DNA of 63,762 nt, counting the filler, from Octopus bimaculoides (taxonomy: Eukaryota), in the NCBI RefSeq assembly GCF_001194135.2. It is 5 parts of 5 records of this genome, joined end to end, with 100 filler letters (N's around TTAATTAATTAA, not from the genome) between each part and the next. Parts side by side here need not be neighbours in the genome. Positions count along the whole stretch, not along the records: positions 34,006 to 55,795 come from NC_068990.1; 4 more parts are not named here. One strand, written 5' to 3'. The position numbers and the translations under genes are program-made. Below are positions 37,794-49,949 of this stretch, one piece after another. The notes beneath the pieces were generated by a model. That model worked only from the letters and a program-made list of their open reading frames with translations. It had not been told where the DNA came from and did no database searches. How positions within the stretch are numbered: the first letter of the stretch is position 1; each line of letters starts with the position of its first letter.

Positions 37794-37901
37794 GAATCTC
37801 TGAAGAGGCCTAGCAAATCATGCATGAACCCCCATTACATCATTTTCATCTGCTAATTACTCTGGCACAGCCAATGCTAGGCCGAAACAGCTATAAGTTT
37901 C
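37794..37901 (+). ncRNA. Type I hammerhead ribozyme motif
   Basis: gaatct | CTGAAGA | GGCCTAGCA...TGCTAGGCC (9-bp perfect stem II) | GAAA | cagct-AUA | agtttc (stem I 5 of 6 bp). Confidence 0.7.
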
Positions 37902-38256
37902 TGTATATTCTCTAATTGCTAAATGTACTTTATATTTGTAACCTTAATTGTTAATATGGCAAGGTATGTCATAAGCATCTGTATATTGTGGTTTTTGTCA
38001 TTTTAGTTACAAAATAAACAAATTAATTCAATGGAATACACTGTCTGCAAGTCGATGGATACCGCATATTCTCCTCCATTTTCTTATTGCTATATGAACA
38101 CAGGACTACAGATCATTCACTCAGTTACTCTAGAGAAAATCAACTCATGTTCTGTCACGAGACATACACACATCACGTCTGGCTGTACAGCCTTTTTGTT
38201 TGTTTACTTCACCATTTCGTTTTCCTGTCTTGTTTTCCGGCCGCCACTACCCTCCA

Positions 38257-38514
38257 TGGAAACAATTTAATTTGTGTTCGTGGGAAGAACCATTTTAACG
38301 ATGCGTACTGCCTTAATTCTTCGAAACGCCGGAGTTTTAATGGTGGCAGCTGATGAAGGGGATGTTTCTATGTGGCCTGCTTGTTTGTTGCACCTTGTTT
38401 ACCAGTTTTGTCCTTGTTCTTTTGCCACGTCATGTACCCAGTTATGTATCTATATGTACATGTGGATGAACGTATATACATACATGTACATATATATGCA
38501 TATACTCATATATT

Positions 38515-38555
<41 letters not shown>

Positions 38556-39454
38556 NNNNNNNNNNNNNNNNNNNNNNNNNNNNNNNNNNNNNNNNNNNNN
38601 NNNNNNNNNNNNNNNNNNNNNNNNNNNNNNNNNNNNNNNNNNNNNNNNNNNNNNNNNNNNNNNNNNNNNNNNNNNNNNNNNNNNNNNNNNNNNNNNNNNN
38701 NNNNNNNNNNNNNNNNNNNNNNNNNNNNNNNNNNNNNNNNNNNNNNNNNNNNNNNNNNNNNNNNNNNNNNNNNNNNNNNNNNNNNNNNNNNNNNNNNNNN
38801 NNNNNNNNNNNNNNNNNNNNNNNNNNNNNNNNNNNNNNNNNNNNNNNNNNNNNNNNNNNNNNNNNNNNNNNNNNNNNNNNNNNNNNNNNNNNNNNNNNNN
38901 NNNNNNNNNNNNNNNNNNNNNNNNNNNNNNNNNNNNNNNNNNNNNNNNNNNNNNNNNNNNNNNNNNNNNNNNNNNNNNNNNNNNNNNNNNNNNNNNNNNN
39001 NNNNNNNNNNNNNNNNNNNNNNNNNNNNNNNNNNNNNNNNNNNNNNNNNNNNNNNNNNNNNNNNNNNNNNNNNNNNNNNNNNNNNNNNNNNNNNNNNNNN
39101 NNNNNNNNNNNNNNNNNNNNNNNNNNNNNNNNNNNNNNNNNNNNNNNNNNNNNNNNNNNNNNNNNNNNNNNNNNNNNNNNNNNNNNNNNNNNNNNNTGGA
39201 AACAATTTAATTTGTGTTCGTGGGAAGAACCATTTTAACGATGCGTACTGCCTTAATTCTTCGAAACGCCGGAGTTTTAATGGTGGCAGCTGATGAAGGG
39301 GATGTTTCTATGTGGCCTGCTTGTTTGTTGCACCTTGTTTACCAGTTTTGTCCTTGTTCTTTTGCCACGTCATGTACCCAGTTATGTATCTATATGTACA
39401 TGTGGATGAACGTATATACATACATGTACATATATATGCATATACTCATATATT

Positions 39455-39493
<39 letters not shown>
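38257..39493. other. Duplicated ~298-bp block on both sides of an N gap (probable assembly overlap)
   Basis: 38257-38555 is apparently identical to 39197-39493 apart from TA-run length. Confidence 0.8.
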
Positions 39494-39494
<1 letters not shown>

Positions 39495-40133
39495 TATTTA
39501 CAATTCTCTCCCTTTTGAAATGATTATTTCAAATTTCTGTCACAGATTCCTCTCTATGTCCTCTACATATGTTTTAACCATTCAGTTCTAATCATCTCTG
39601 CCTTTTGACTTAGAACTTCTTATTTTACATGCTCTTTCACATTCAACAGCTTTTTCTTCAGATATTAAGTATCACTATAGAACAGCGTGAAGACAAGCAA
39701 AGTTTGAAAACATAAAAGCACATTTTGCTTCATCATTTTCATGTCAAAACAAATATTTTCCTAGGAAAATTATATACTATTACAAAGTTCTAGATGTGAA
39801 CTTTCTTCTCATATAGTTTTAATTAAAATATGACAGTCACATATTATGTCAGGGTCCCTTAAACACCCTGGTGTTTCCACACATTTACAAAGTACAAAGT
39901 TTGTCCTGTTTTTTTTTTTACTGCTGAACAGTAGTCCTTGTTCTAGTTCAATGTGCTTGAGCACCATAACTCAAGTTGTGTTAAAAATCATACAGTCATA
40001 AAGTTGAAGGTTTTTGCTTTATTTTGATATAAAAATCAATAGGAGTAGGTCAGATGATGGTTACAAAATATAAAAGTTAAAATTTCATTGTTGATTTTCA
40101 CTTACAAAAGGATATATTTTCTTTCATGCACAG

Positions 40134-40218
40134 CAAGAGGTCAAATGGAACACAAATCCAAAGCTTCAAATCTCAAATTTGAGCCAGGATTTCAAGAAAT
40201 GGATGAACTAATTACTAA
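40134..40218 (+). CDS. Candidate coding exon, unknown protein
   Basis: tttctttcatgcacag acceptor, AA|GTAAAC donor; open RGQMEHKSKASNLKFEPGFQEMDELIT. Confidence 0.3.
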
Positions 40219-40686
40219 GTAAACATATATTTCTACAAAAATTGCACTATATTAAGTTTAGTAAGTCTTCTAGAGCCAAAACATGGCATGAAATCTTTGT
40301 ATTGAAAATGTTGTTTATTCCCTCAAGCTGTTTTAACAACACATGGAGAGTTGCTAGGCAAATCTAGCGGATATTTTCATACATGTAAATTTCATTTTTC
40401 TTTGAGAAATATTGGTCAAATTCTATCAATAAAAATTATATTGTACAATGAATATAATTTTGTAGACAATTAAAGCTAGATGTTATGTATTTTGGGTTTT
40501 TTTCTGATTTTGAATATAGTCAGGATAATTTGTCAGTGTTCATATATTCATTTTGGGTTCTTTTTTTCTTTCTCTCCTACTAATGAGTTTGCAGTAAGTT
40601 ATAAATGTTGTTAATGACTTTAATTTAGGCTTTTAATGCTTAAAGCAAGGAATTAGCTTTCATTTTTTGTTTCTTTTTTAATCTAG

Positions 40687-40709
40687 GCCTACATGCAATT
40701 CTGAGAAAG
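40687..40709 (+). CDS. Candidate 23-nt microexon
   Basis: Long T-rich tract plus atctag acceptor, AAG|GTATGA donor; joins the previous candidate in frame (ITK-PTCNSEK). Confidence 0.3.
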
Positions 40710-41199
40710 GTATGAAGTTGTTGTTGGAAGTGCTAGAAACAACGGCTAAATCTCCCTTAATTCACACATCTTTTTGTTTGAAAATATTTTCAAAATTTTT
40801 TCTTTTCTTTTTTACTGAAAAGTCTTTACCTATCATTTTAAAGTGCCTAGTGCAAACAAAATTGGCCAAAATCGATCTGGAGGAGGGGGGGGACATCAAT
40901 TTCCACAAATTTTTTTCATAAAAAGCTTACTACCATCATTTCCAAGAATGTGATGCAAAAAGAATTGGAAAATCCTTGTCAAAACAGAAAATTCAACTTA
41001 TGTGGTATCCTGATCCAAAACTCCACCACTGATAACCATTTTTAATAGTTCATTAAAATTTTATTGAAATGTTTTTCTCCACCTGTACCGGAAGTTCCTA
41101 TTTTCTCTACCAGTACTGGAAGTTCCTATACTCTCCACCAATACCGTAAGTCCCTGGCTGTCTCCTATGAACACTTCTAAAGGCTTCATGCCACCCCCA

Positions 41200-44100
41200 C
41201 CACCCACCCCCACTTAGGGTTTATCTCCTATGTAAGTGCAAAATATTAGTGTAGTGGATGCAGGTTCAAATACATGTTACTGATTGTTTATGAATTCTGC
41301 AAAATGCAAGCTCTCTTTTCAGGTACATGACGCAGCCGTTCCCCACCCCAGGGCTTCATGGACCCATACCTCCCACACCTTCAGGGTTGGCACTCTCAAC
41401 GTCGGCACACTAAAAGGTAGGTCTGGTGAGATGCTTGAATGGAGATGTGTCGATATCTGCTGCCTCCAAGAAGTAAGGTGGAGAGGAGGTTCCCCACAGG
41501 CAAAGAACACAGGTACAAGATTTTCTGGGCAGGGAACACAGATGGGGTTGGGGGCGTGGATATACTCCTTGCAGAGAAATGGGTGGATAAGGTGATCGAG
41601 GTAGCCAGAATATGCGATAGAATACTTAAAATTAGATTAGTCCTTCACCATGGGTTAGCAACCGTTATCTCGGCCTATGCCCCTCAGCCCGGGCTACTCG
41701 ATGGACAGGGACCTTCTCTTTGTGGCTGGTGACTTCAATGGTCATGTTGAACAACATTCAGGGGGCTTCCATGGCGTATATGGAGGCTATGGTTTTGGTT
41801 CCTGCAATGAGGAGGGAACCAGGCTGCTGCAGTTCTGTGATGCAAATGAACTTATGGTTTGCAATATTAACTTCAGGAAACCTGCCAGTCACCTACCATT
41901 CTGGCAGACACACTAGCCAAATTGACTACATCCTTGCCAGAAAAAGAGAGAGACGGCTGCTCAGAAATGCCAAAAACTTCCCAGGCGAAGAATGTACCCC
42001 ACAACATAGACTAGTAGTTAGTGACTTCAGGATCAGGGCTAAGTGGTTGCCCAGAAGACAACCAGCATGGAGGAGAAGGGTCTGGAAGCTCAAAGATCCA
42101 GCGAATGGACAGAGATTTAGAGACTTATTACTCGAAGCCTTTGATGAGATAGAAGGGGATGTAGCTTCACACGATGTAGAAGACAACTGGAGGTTTCTAC
42201 GGGACAACCTGCTGAAGGCCACTGACCAGATCTGTGGATGGTGCAAAGTCCCCTCTCGACCCAAAATAACGTAGTGGTGGAACAATGTTGTTGACAGGGC
42301 TGACAGGTCTATTAGACAAAAGAAACAAGCTTGGAAGGACTGGAAGAACGGTGGTAGCAGGGAATTGTATCAGACTGCCAGAAGGGAAGCTAAGCGACAG
42401 GTTTATTTAGCCAGAGGGAAAGCAGATNNNNNNNNNNNNNNNNNNNNNNNNNNNNNNNNNNNNNNNNNNNNNNNNNNNNNNNNNNNNNNNNNNNNNNNNN
42501 NNNNNNNNNNNNNNNNNNNNNNNNNNNNNNNNNNNNNNNNNNNNNNNNNNNNNNNNNNNNNNNNNNNNNNNNNNNNNNNNNNNNNNNNNNNNNNNNNNNN
42601 NNNNNNNNNNNNNNNNNNNNNNNNNNNNNNNNNNNNNNNNNNNNNNNNNNNNNNNNNNNNNNNNNNNNNNNNNNNNNNNNNNNNNNNNNNNNNNNNNNNN
42701 NNNNNNNNNNNNNNNNNNNNNNNNNNNNNNNNNNNNNNNNNNNNNNNNNNNNNNNNNNNNNNNNNNNNNNNNNNNNNNNNNNNNNNNNNNNNNNNNNNNN
42801 NNNNNNNNNNNNNNNNNNNNNNNNNNNNNNNNNNNNNNNNNNNNNNNNNNNNNNNNNNNNNNNNNNNNNNNNNNNNNNNNNNNNNNNNNNNNNNNNNNNN
42901 NNNNNNNNNNNNNNNNNNNNNNNNNNNNNNNNNNNNNNNNNNNNNNNNNNNNNNNNNNNNNNNNNNNNNNNNNNNNNNNNNNNNNNNNNNNNNNNNNNNN
43001 NNNNNNNNNNNNNNNNNNNNNNNNNNNNNNNNNNNNNNNNNNNNNNNNNNNNNNNNNNNNNNNNNNNNNNNNNNNNNNNNNNNNNNNNNNNNNNNNNNNN
43101 NNNNNNNNNNNNNNNNNNNNNNNNNNNNNNNNNNNNNNNNNNNNNNNNNNNNNNNNNNNNNNNNNNNNNNNNNNNNNNNNNNNNNNNNNNNNNNNNNNNN
43201 NNNNNNNNNNNNNNNNNNNNNGGTGAGGGTTGGCAATGAGTACAGTGAAGAATTCCGGGTAGAGGTAGGAGTCCACCAAGGTTCAGTCCTCAGCCCCCTC
43301 CTATTTATCATAGTCCTCCAGGCGATAACAGAGGAGTTCAAGACAGGATGCCCCTGGGAACTCCTCTATGCTGATGACCTTGCACTAATTGCTGAGTCAC
43401 TATCAGAACTAGAGGAGAAGTTTCAGGTGTGGAAGCAAGGACTAGAATCGAAGGGGCTTAGAGTCAACTTAGCTAAAACCAAAGTCTTAATAAGTAGGAA
43501 GGTAGACAAAACACAAACCCCTTCAGGTATATGGCCCTGCTCAATCTGTACAAAAGGCATAGGTAGAACCTCTATAAGATGTACTTAGTGCAAGCTATGG
43601 ACACATGAGAGAGGCAGCAATATCAAAGGAAGGTTAACTAGGAAGTTAGTTTTTGTAGGTGGCAGATGTTCAGGAGCAATAAACACTGAAATTGTGCAGA
43701 AAACAACTTCTGCCACATTCCAGGGAGAAAAACTAGACTTAGTTGATAGCTTCCGCTATCTAGGTGACCAAGTTAGTAGTGGGGAAGGGTGCGCTGAAAG
43801 TGTAGCTGTTAGAATAAGAATAGCCTGGGCATAGTTCAGAGAGCTCTTACCTCTGGTGGTGACAAAGGGCCTCTCGCTCAGAGTAAAAGGCAGACTGTAT
43901 GACGCATGTGTACGAACAGCCAAGTTACATGGGCTGTGACTGCTGAGGACATGCGTAAGCTTGAAAGGAATGAAGCCAGTATGCTCCGATGGGTGTGTAA
44001 TGTCAGTGTGCAGACTAAACAGATTGTAAGTACCTTGAGAGAAAAGTTGAACCTAAGAAGCATCAGTTGTGGTGTGCAAGAGAGACGATTGCGCTGGTAT

Positions 44101-44880
44101 GGTCATGTGGTGAGAATGGACAAGGATAACTGTGTGAAAAAGTGCCACACCCTAGCAGTTGAGGGAACCTGTGGAAGAGGTAGGCCCAGGAAGACCTGCG
44201 ATGAGGTGGTGAGGCATGACCTTTGAACACTGAGCCTTAACAAGACAATGACTCCTGACCGAGACCTTTGTAAATATGCTGTGCATGAGAAGGCCCGGCA
44301 AGCCAAGTGAGACCTAAATCCAAGGTCTCTGCCAGGGGTGTAACCAGCCCACTTATGCATATCTTCCTCATTGGACACTAAACTACGCTTGTGAAGACCT
44401 GTTCAGGCAAGTGAAATCGAAATTGAACTAAATTCGATGAGTGGCACCCATGCCAACTTCATCTCCTTCATTGGACACTAAACTCGGCTTGCAAAGACCT
44501 GTTGGGGCAAGCGAAAGTGAAATCATGATGGCACCTGTGCCCAGCGTTGCCTTCCTGGCACTTGTGCCGGTGGCACGTGTAAAGACATTCGAGCGAGATC
44601 GTTGCCAGTTCCGCTGAACTGGCTCCTGTGCAGGTGGCACATAAAATACACCATTTTGAGCGTGGTCGTTGCCAGTCCCGCCTGACTGGCCTTCGTGCCG
44701 GTGGCACATAAAAGCACCCACTACACTCTCGGAGTGGTTGATGTTAGGAAGGGCATCCAGCTGTAGAAACTCTGCCAAATCAGATTGGATCCTGGTGTAG
44801 CCCTCTGGTCCACCAGTCCTCAGTCAAATCGTCCAACCCATGCTAGCATGGAAAGCGGACGTTAAACGATGATGATGATG
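41200..44880 (+). mobile_element. Near full-length RTE-clade LINE (APE-RT-Cys-rich insert), inactivated; gap 42428-43221
   Basis: APE 41284-42274, RT GVHQGSVLSPLLF / LLYADD, WPCSIC finger, RGRPRKT end, composite 3' UTR ending gacgttaaacgatgatgatgatg. Confidence 0.92.
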
Positions 44881-45952
44881 TTATGTTCCAAAATCTTAGG
44901 ACTTATTTAGTTCTATACCTACTGCAAATGTGCCTAAACTCAAGTTCCTTTGGCTTATAGTTTTAGATTTAGCTAGGTCTGAAAACACTGAAAAAAATCA
45001 ACCATTTCTTACATATAAAAAAATACGCTTTACATATATATTTAAAATATGTATAAAAGAAATTTTCTTTCCTAGAACCTGAAAATAAAAATTGGCAACT
45101 ACTTACTATACCATGGTCACTATTAATTTGTGAAATTTGATTACGGCCTCAGTTTCAAAGGTGACATCACAAATATAGCTACTTATTCATTTAGGCAAAG
45201 CAAACAAAATTTCCACCAATTCACTGACCATTCAAATTGTCATATTTCCTAAAATATTTATCCAAATTTCACAAATGAAGTATCAAAATGTTTCTTTTTG
45301 GATACTCTCCAAGTAAAAGTACAATAGAAATTACATTTAAATATTTTCAAAACTTCATAGATACCTAATATTGTACTTTACCACTTAGTGTGTTTTCCAC
45401 ATTTTATCAACTTAGTAACTTTTCTTCTGAACTTGTACCTGCTCTTATTTATTATTTATATTTTGTCAAGCTTACTAACCATTTTCTTCAATTACTCCTA
45501 TATTTTCTCCTTCCACACATCCCTCTCACCTATACCACATTCACATCCCATGCTATTCCACTAACCCCATACTACTCACACATCTCCCTCTACACCCATC
45601 TCTTTAACACAGATACTCTCCTATACAAGCACACAACATTCTGCCTACACCTCTCTTACTAACCCCCTCCCCGTAGAACCACATTCCCACCTAGCCCCTA
45701 AACTTTTTTCCTTTCTTCTTCCTTCCTTTCCTCCTTTTGCTTTTCTGATAAAGAACTACTATCTGAAACATCAAAGACCCTTTCAGTTTTCTTTACAAGA
45801 ATCAAACTAATAACACTTTTGTGAAATTATGTACACTGTTTACATTAGAACTGTATTACTCTTGTGAAAATTTGTTCCTCTTGTGTTCTTTACTCTTTCT
45901 CCTTTTTTGCTCATTCAGCATTATGTGTTTGAGTGAGTGTGTAATCACCACC

Positions 45953-46250
45953 ATCATCATCATCATTTAACGCATGTTTTCCATGTTGATGGTTGGATGG
46001 TTTGACAGGAGTTGGCAAGGTTGGGGGATATTCTAAGCTCCATTGTCTATTTTGACATGGTTTCTAAAGTTGGGTTCTTCCTTCCTAGTGCCAACCACTT
46101 TACAAAGTGTATTGGGTGCTCTTTACATTGCACCAGCACAAGTGCTCTTTACAAGGCACCAACACAAATGCTTTTTATATATCACTAGCACCACTGCTTT
46201 TTACATGGTACCAGCACCAACAAGGTCATCAAGTACCTTGCAAGACAGGA
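45953..46250 (-). mobile_element. RTE-type 3' tail element ((GAT)n end)
   Basis: catcatcatcatttaacgcatgttttccatg...ccttcctagtgccaaccact resembles the reverse of the 44740-44880 tail. Confidence 0.6.
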
Positions 46251-46350
46251 AAAATTTTTTTTTTTTAAAGTAAAGACCCCTTCAACAGGAAGTGGGGAGA
46301 AGTAATATGGGGCGGCTTGGTATCAGTTGAACATGTATGTGCGTGTGTAT

Positions 46351-46743
46351 TTCGAGCGAGATTGTTGCCAGTACCCCTGGACTGGCTCTTGTGCGGGTGG
46401 CACATAAAATATACCATTTTGAGCGTGGCCGTTGCCAGTACCGCCTGACTGGCCGTCGTAGGATTTTCGAGCGAGATTGTTGCCAGTGCCCCTGGACTGG
46501 CTCTTGTGCGGGTTACACATAAAATACACCATTTTGAGCGTGGCCGTTGCCAGTACCGCCTGACTGGCCTTCGTAAGATTTTCCAGCGAGATCATTGCCA
46601 ATGCCCCAAGACTGACTCTTGTGCGGGTGGCACATAAAATACACCATTTTGAGCATGGCCGTTGCCAGTACCGCCTGACTGGCCTTCGTGCGGGTGACAC
46701 GTAAAAGAACCCACTACACTCTCTGAGTGGTTGGCGATAGGAA
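46351..46743 (+). repeat. Three tandem 115-bp units from the RTE 3' UTR, followed by the start of the tail
   Basis: ttcgagcgagattgttgccagt at 46351, 46466 and 46581; a single unit occurs at about 44589-44700. Confidence 0.85.
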
Positions 46744-47675
46744 NNNNNNNNNNNNNNNNNNNNNNNNNNNNNNNNNNNNNNNNNNNNNNNNNNNNNNNNN
46801 NNNNNNNNNNNNNNNNNNNNNNNNNNNNNNNNNNNNNNNNNNNNNNNNNNNNNNNNNNNNNNNNNNNNNNNNNNNNNNNNNNNNNNNNNNNNNNNNNNNN
46901 NNNNNNNNNNNNNNNNNNNNNNNNNNNNNNNNNNNNNNNNNNNNNNNNNNNNNNNNNNNNNNNNNNNNNNNNNNNNNNNNNNNNNNNNNNNNNNNNNNNN
47001 NNNNNNNNNNNNNNNNNNNNNNNNNNNNNNNNNNNNNNNNNNNNNNNNNNNNNNNNNNNNNNNNNNNNNNNNNNNNNNNNNNNNNNNNNNNNNNNNNNNN
47101 NNNNNNNNNNNNNNNNNNNNNNNNNNNNNNNNNNNNNNNNNNNNNNNNNNNNNNNNNNNNNNNNNNNNNNNNNNNNNNNNNNNNNNNNNNNNNNNNNNNN
47201 NNNNNNNNNNNNNNNNNNNNNNNNNNNNNNNNNNNNNNNNNNNNNNNNNNNNNNNNNNNNNNNNNNNNNNNNNNNNNNNNNNNNNNNNNNNNNNNNNNNN
47301 NNNNNNNNNNNNNNNNNNNNNNNNNNNNNNNNNNNNNNNNNNNNNNNNNNNNNNNNNNNNNNNNNNNNNNNNNNNNNNNNNNNNNNNNNNNNNNNNNNNN
47401 NNNNNNNCTTTATCTTATGATATTTACTTTGTTTTATATTATACTAATTTATTGTGCTTTTAATTGTTAATTTTTCTATATGTGATAGTGGATTTTCATC
47501 GATGAGTTCTTGAAACTTGGTTATTTTCCCTAAAACTATATATTTTATATGTATTTTATCTATAAAGCTCAATTTAATTTTGATTTTTTTATAAATTGAT
47601 TTTAATTGAGTTTTTACCTGTAATTTTGGATTTTGTCCCTAATATTATTATATATATATATATATATATATATAT

Positions 47676-49541
47676 CACCTTGATCATCTTGACCAACCAG
47701 TCTGTCATGTGTCCATTTGACACCGCTAGTCACAGCATGCTGTCCACTCCTCTCTGGATTGCGCCTGCCTCATCCACATGGTCCCAATCGCCTTCCTAAA
47801 ATTCTAACTCCACCGTCATGGAGGCCTTCTGAGTGGTCGTTTCCACTCGTGTGGGTACCACTCAACAACTGCATGGGTCCACCGATTATCGGTGAGCCGG
47901 GCGACGTGTACAGCCTATCTAAACTTGCTGCGTGTATATTCTACGATGACATTCCTCACGCCGGACTTCTGTTTGATGACCTCGCTACTGATGTGCTCTC
48001 TCAACGAGATTCCAAGCATTGACCTCTCCATGGCTCTTTGAGCCATTACCAGTCTCTGCTCTTCTCTCTTTGCTGTAGCCCATGCTATATAAGAAGGGCG
48101 ATAGAGAAGATCTAAAGAACTACTGACCCATATGCCTGCTGTCTCACGTGTACAAGCTGTTCACAAAGATAATTCTGAACAGGTTATCATGTCATCTTGA
48201 CCAACAACGCCAGTTTCTGGAAGAACTACAGCATGAAGGACCATATATTTACTCTAACACAACTTCTTGAGTGAGTGAATGAGTACAAGCTGCCGGCGAT
48301 CTTTCGATACTAATCCATTTTTTGTCATCTCTTTATTTACATCAATTCGGCAGTTTCCGTAAAAAGTGTTGTGTTAGGGAAGTGGGAAAGGACATGAAAG
48401 AGATAGAGAGAGCACGATTTCTTTTGAAGTTGGCATGCTAACAGTGGCTGTGGTAAGCAGCAAACAACAAGCAATCTCCCTCCCTTACACACACATACCA
48501 GTTACCTCTCACCTTCTCTCTCTCTCCCTCCCTTACACACACATGCCAGTTATCTCTCTTTCTTTCTTTCTCTCTCCCTGTGTAAGGGAGGGAGAGAGAG
48601 AGAGAGAGAGAGAGAAGGTGAGAGGTAACTGGTATGTGTGTGTAAGGGAGGGAGATTGCTTGTTGTTTGCTGCTTACCACAGCCACTGTTAGCATGCCAA
48701 CTTCAAAAGAAATCATGCTCTCTCTATCTCTTTCATGTCCTTTCCCACTTCCCTAACACAACACTTTTTACAGAAACTGCCAAATTGATGTAAATAAACC
48801 CATGTGGTCTGATTTGATGTTTCTGGGCATTGTACCGAAAGATGACCCAAGCTGCCTCTTTGCATTGCGTTAGTAGACTATGAGAAGGCCTTCGACAGCG
48901 TCAAAACCAACACAGTGCTGAACTCACTGCAGAGGCAAGGAGTCGAAGCGCAATATGTGCAACTGCTCAGAGAGGCAAATTCCAGATGCACTACCGACAT
49001 AGCTCTGCTGTCATCACCCGTACGAGTGCCGGTCAAGAAGGGAGTGAAGTAAGGAGATACGATCTCTCTAAAACTTTTCACCGCATGTCTCGAATAGATC
49101 ATCAGAGGCATCAACTGGCAAGGTGGTGTCAACGTCAGTGGCAAGCTACTCACCCACCTCCGTTTTGCTGATGACATCGTAATCATCGCTGAAACCATTG
49201 ATCAGCTTCAGACCATGCTGACGGAGCTCGACATCAAAAGCTCTGCAGTAGGTCTCAAGATAAACCACATGAAAACGAAGTACATGCGGTCCGACAACGT
49301 ACCAAAAGGTCGAATGGTGGTCGGCAATGATGAAATAGAGGCGGTAAAGGAATATGTCTACCTGGGACAGGAAGTGAATATGTGCCGAGACATCAAAAAG
49401 GAGATCTTGCGGAGAATAAGGGCCAGATGGAAGGTGTTTAATGGCATAAGGGATGTGCTCAAAAGAAGGTTGGACAGGACCACCTGCGCCAACCTCATAA
49501 ATAGCACAGTTCTACCTGCAATGTTATATGGTAGTGAAACA
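47676..49541. mobile_element. RTE LINE (RTE-1-like) with inverted 5' part: RT core (+) 48088-49541, 3' end (-) 47676-48085
   Basis: Plus strand YKKGD...DYEKAFDSV...LRFADD...LYGSET; minus strand continues WATAKREEQRLVMAQRAMER...RWT...EWYP; both outer ends abut (TA)n. Confidence 0.85.
48295..48847. mobile_element. Fold-back MITE with 9-bp TSD inserted in the RTE RT
   Basis: TSD caagctgcc at 48286-48294 and 48848-48856 restores EYKLPLCIA; TIR ggcgatctttcgatac / gtaccgaaagatgacc; internal arms 48332-48539 and 48579-48798. Confidence 0.88.
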
Positions 49542-49730
49542 TATATATATATATAGTTGAAATTTATACAAAAACGAAAGATGAAGACAGGTGTATGAAC
49601 AACAAGCAAGTATATTAGTTTGATGCTCAGGAAAATGAAAAAGTCTTTTACGTTTCGAGCCTACACTCTTGAACAGAAAGGAATAAGAGAAAATAAACAG
49701 AGAGTGAATGAAAAAAAACTTGTATATTTC

Positions 49731-49860
49731 GGTGCAGGAGTGGTAAGAAGTTTGGTTTCAAGCCACAACATTTTGAGTTCAGTCCCACTGCATGTCACTA
49801 TGGGAAACTGTCTTCTACTACAGCCATGGGCCAATCAAAGCATTGTGAGTGGATTTGATA
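49731..49860 (+). mobile_element. Degenerate SINE family 1 head
   Basis: ggtgcaggagtggtaag...gagttcagtcccactgc...gtgagtggatttg. Confidence 0.7.
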
Positions 49861-49949
49861 TACTAGGAGGTGTGTTGATGAAGAATTTATAAAGTTAGTG
49901 TATTTGCATGCTGTTGACGCACCCACATGCATGCTGTTGACACCTGGCA

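Noticed and set aside
38310-38365. Type II-like hammerhead arrangement (GAAAC..GTT..CTGATGA)
   Set aside because: Stem I cannot form and stem II is weak.
38257-39493. Apparent tandem duplication
   Set aside because: Identical blocks ending in (TA)n on both sides of a gap; most likely contig overlap. The same applies to 36068-36125 / 36137-36194 around a 10-N gap.
46351-46695. Regularly spaced repeats as a CRISPR array
   Set aside because: Units are tandem without unique spacers, derive from a LINE UTR, and the host is eukaryotic.
6652-47470. Long ORFs full of X, and YI/CV/LSIY/poly-K/poly-I ORFs
   Set aside because: Produced by N gaps and microsatellites; not genes.
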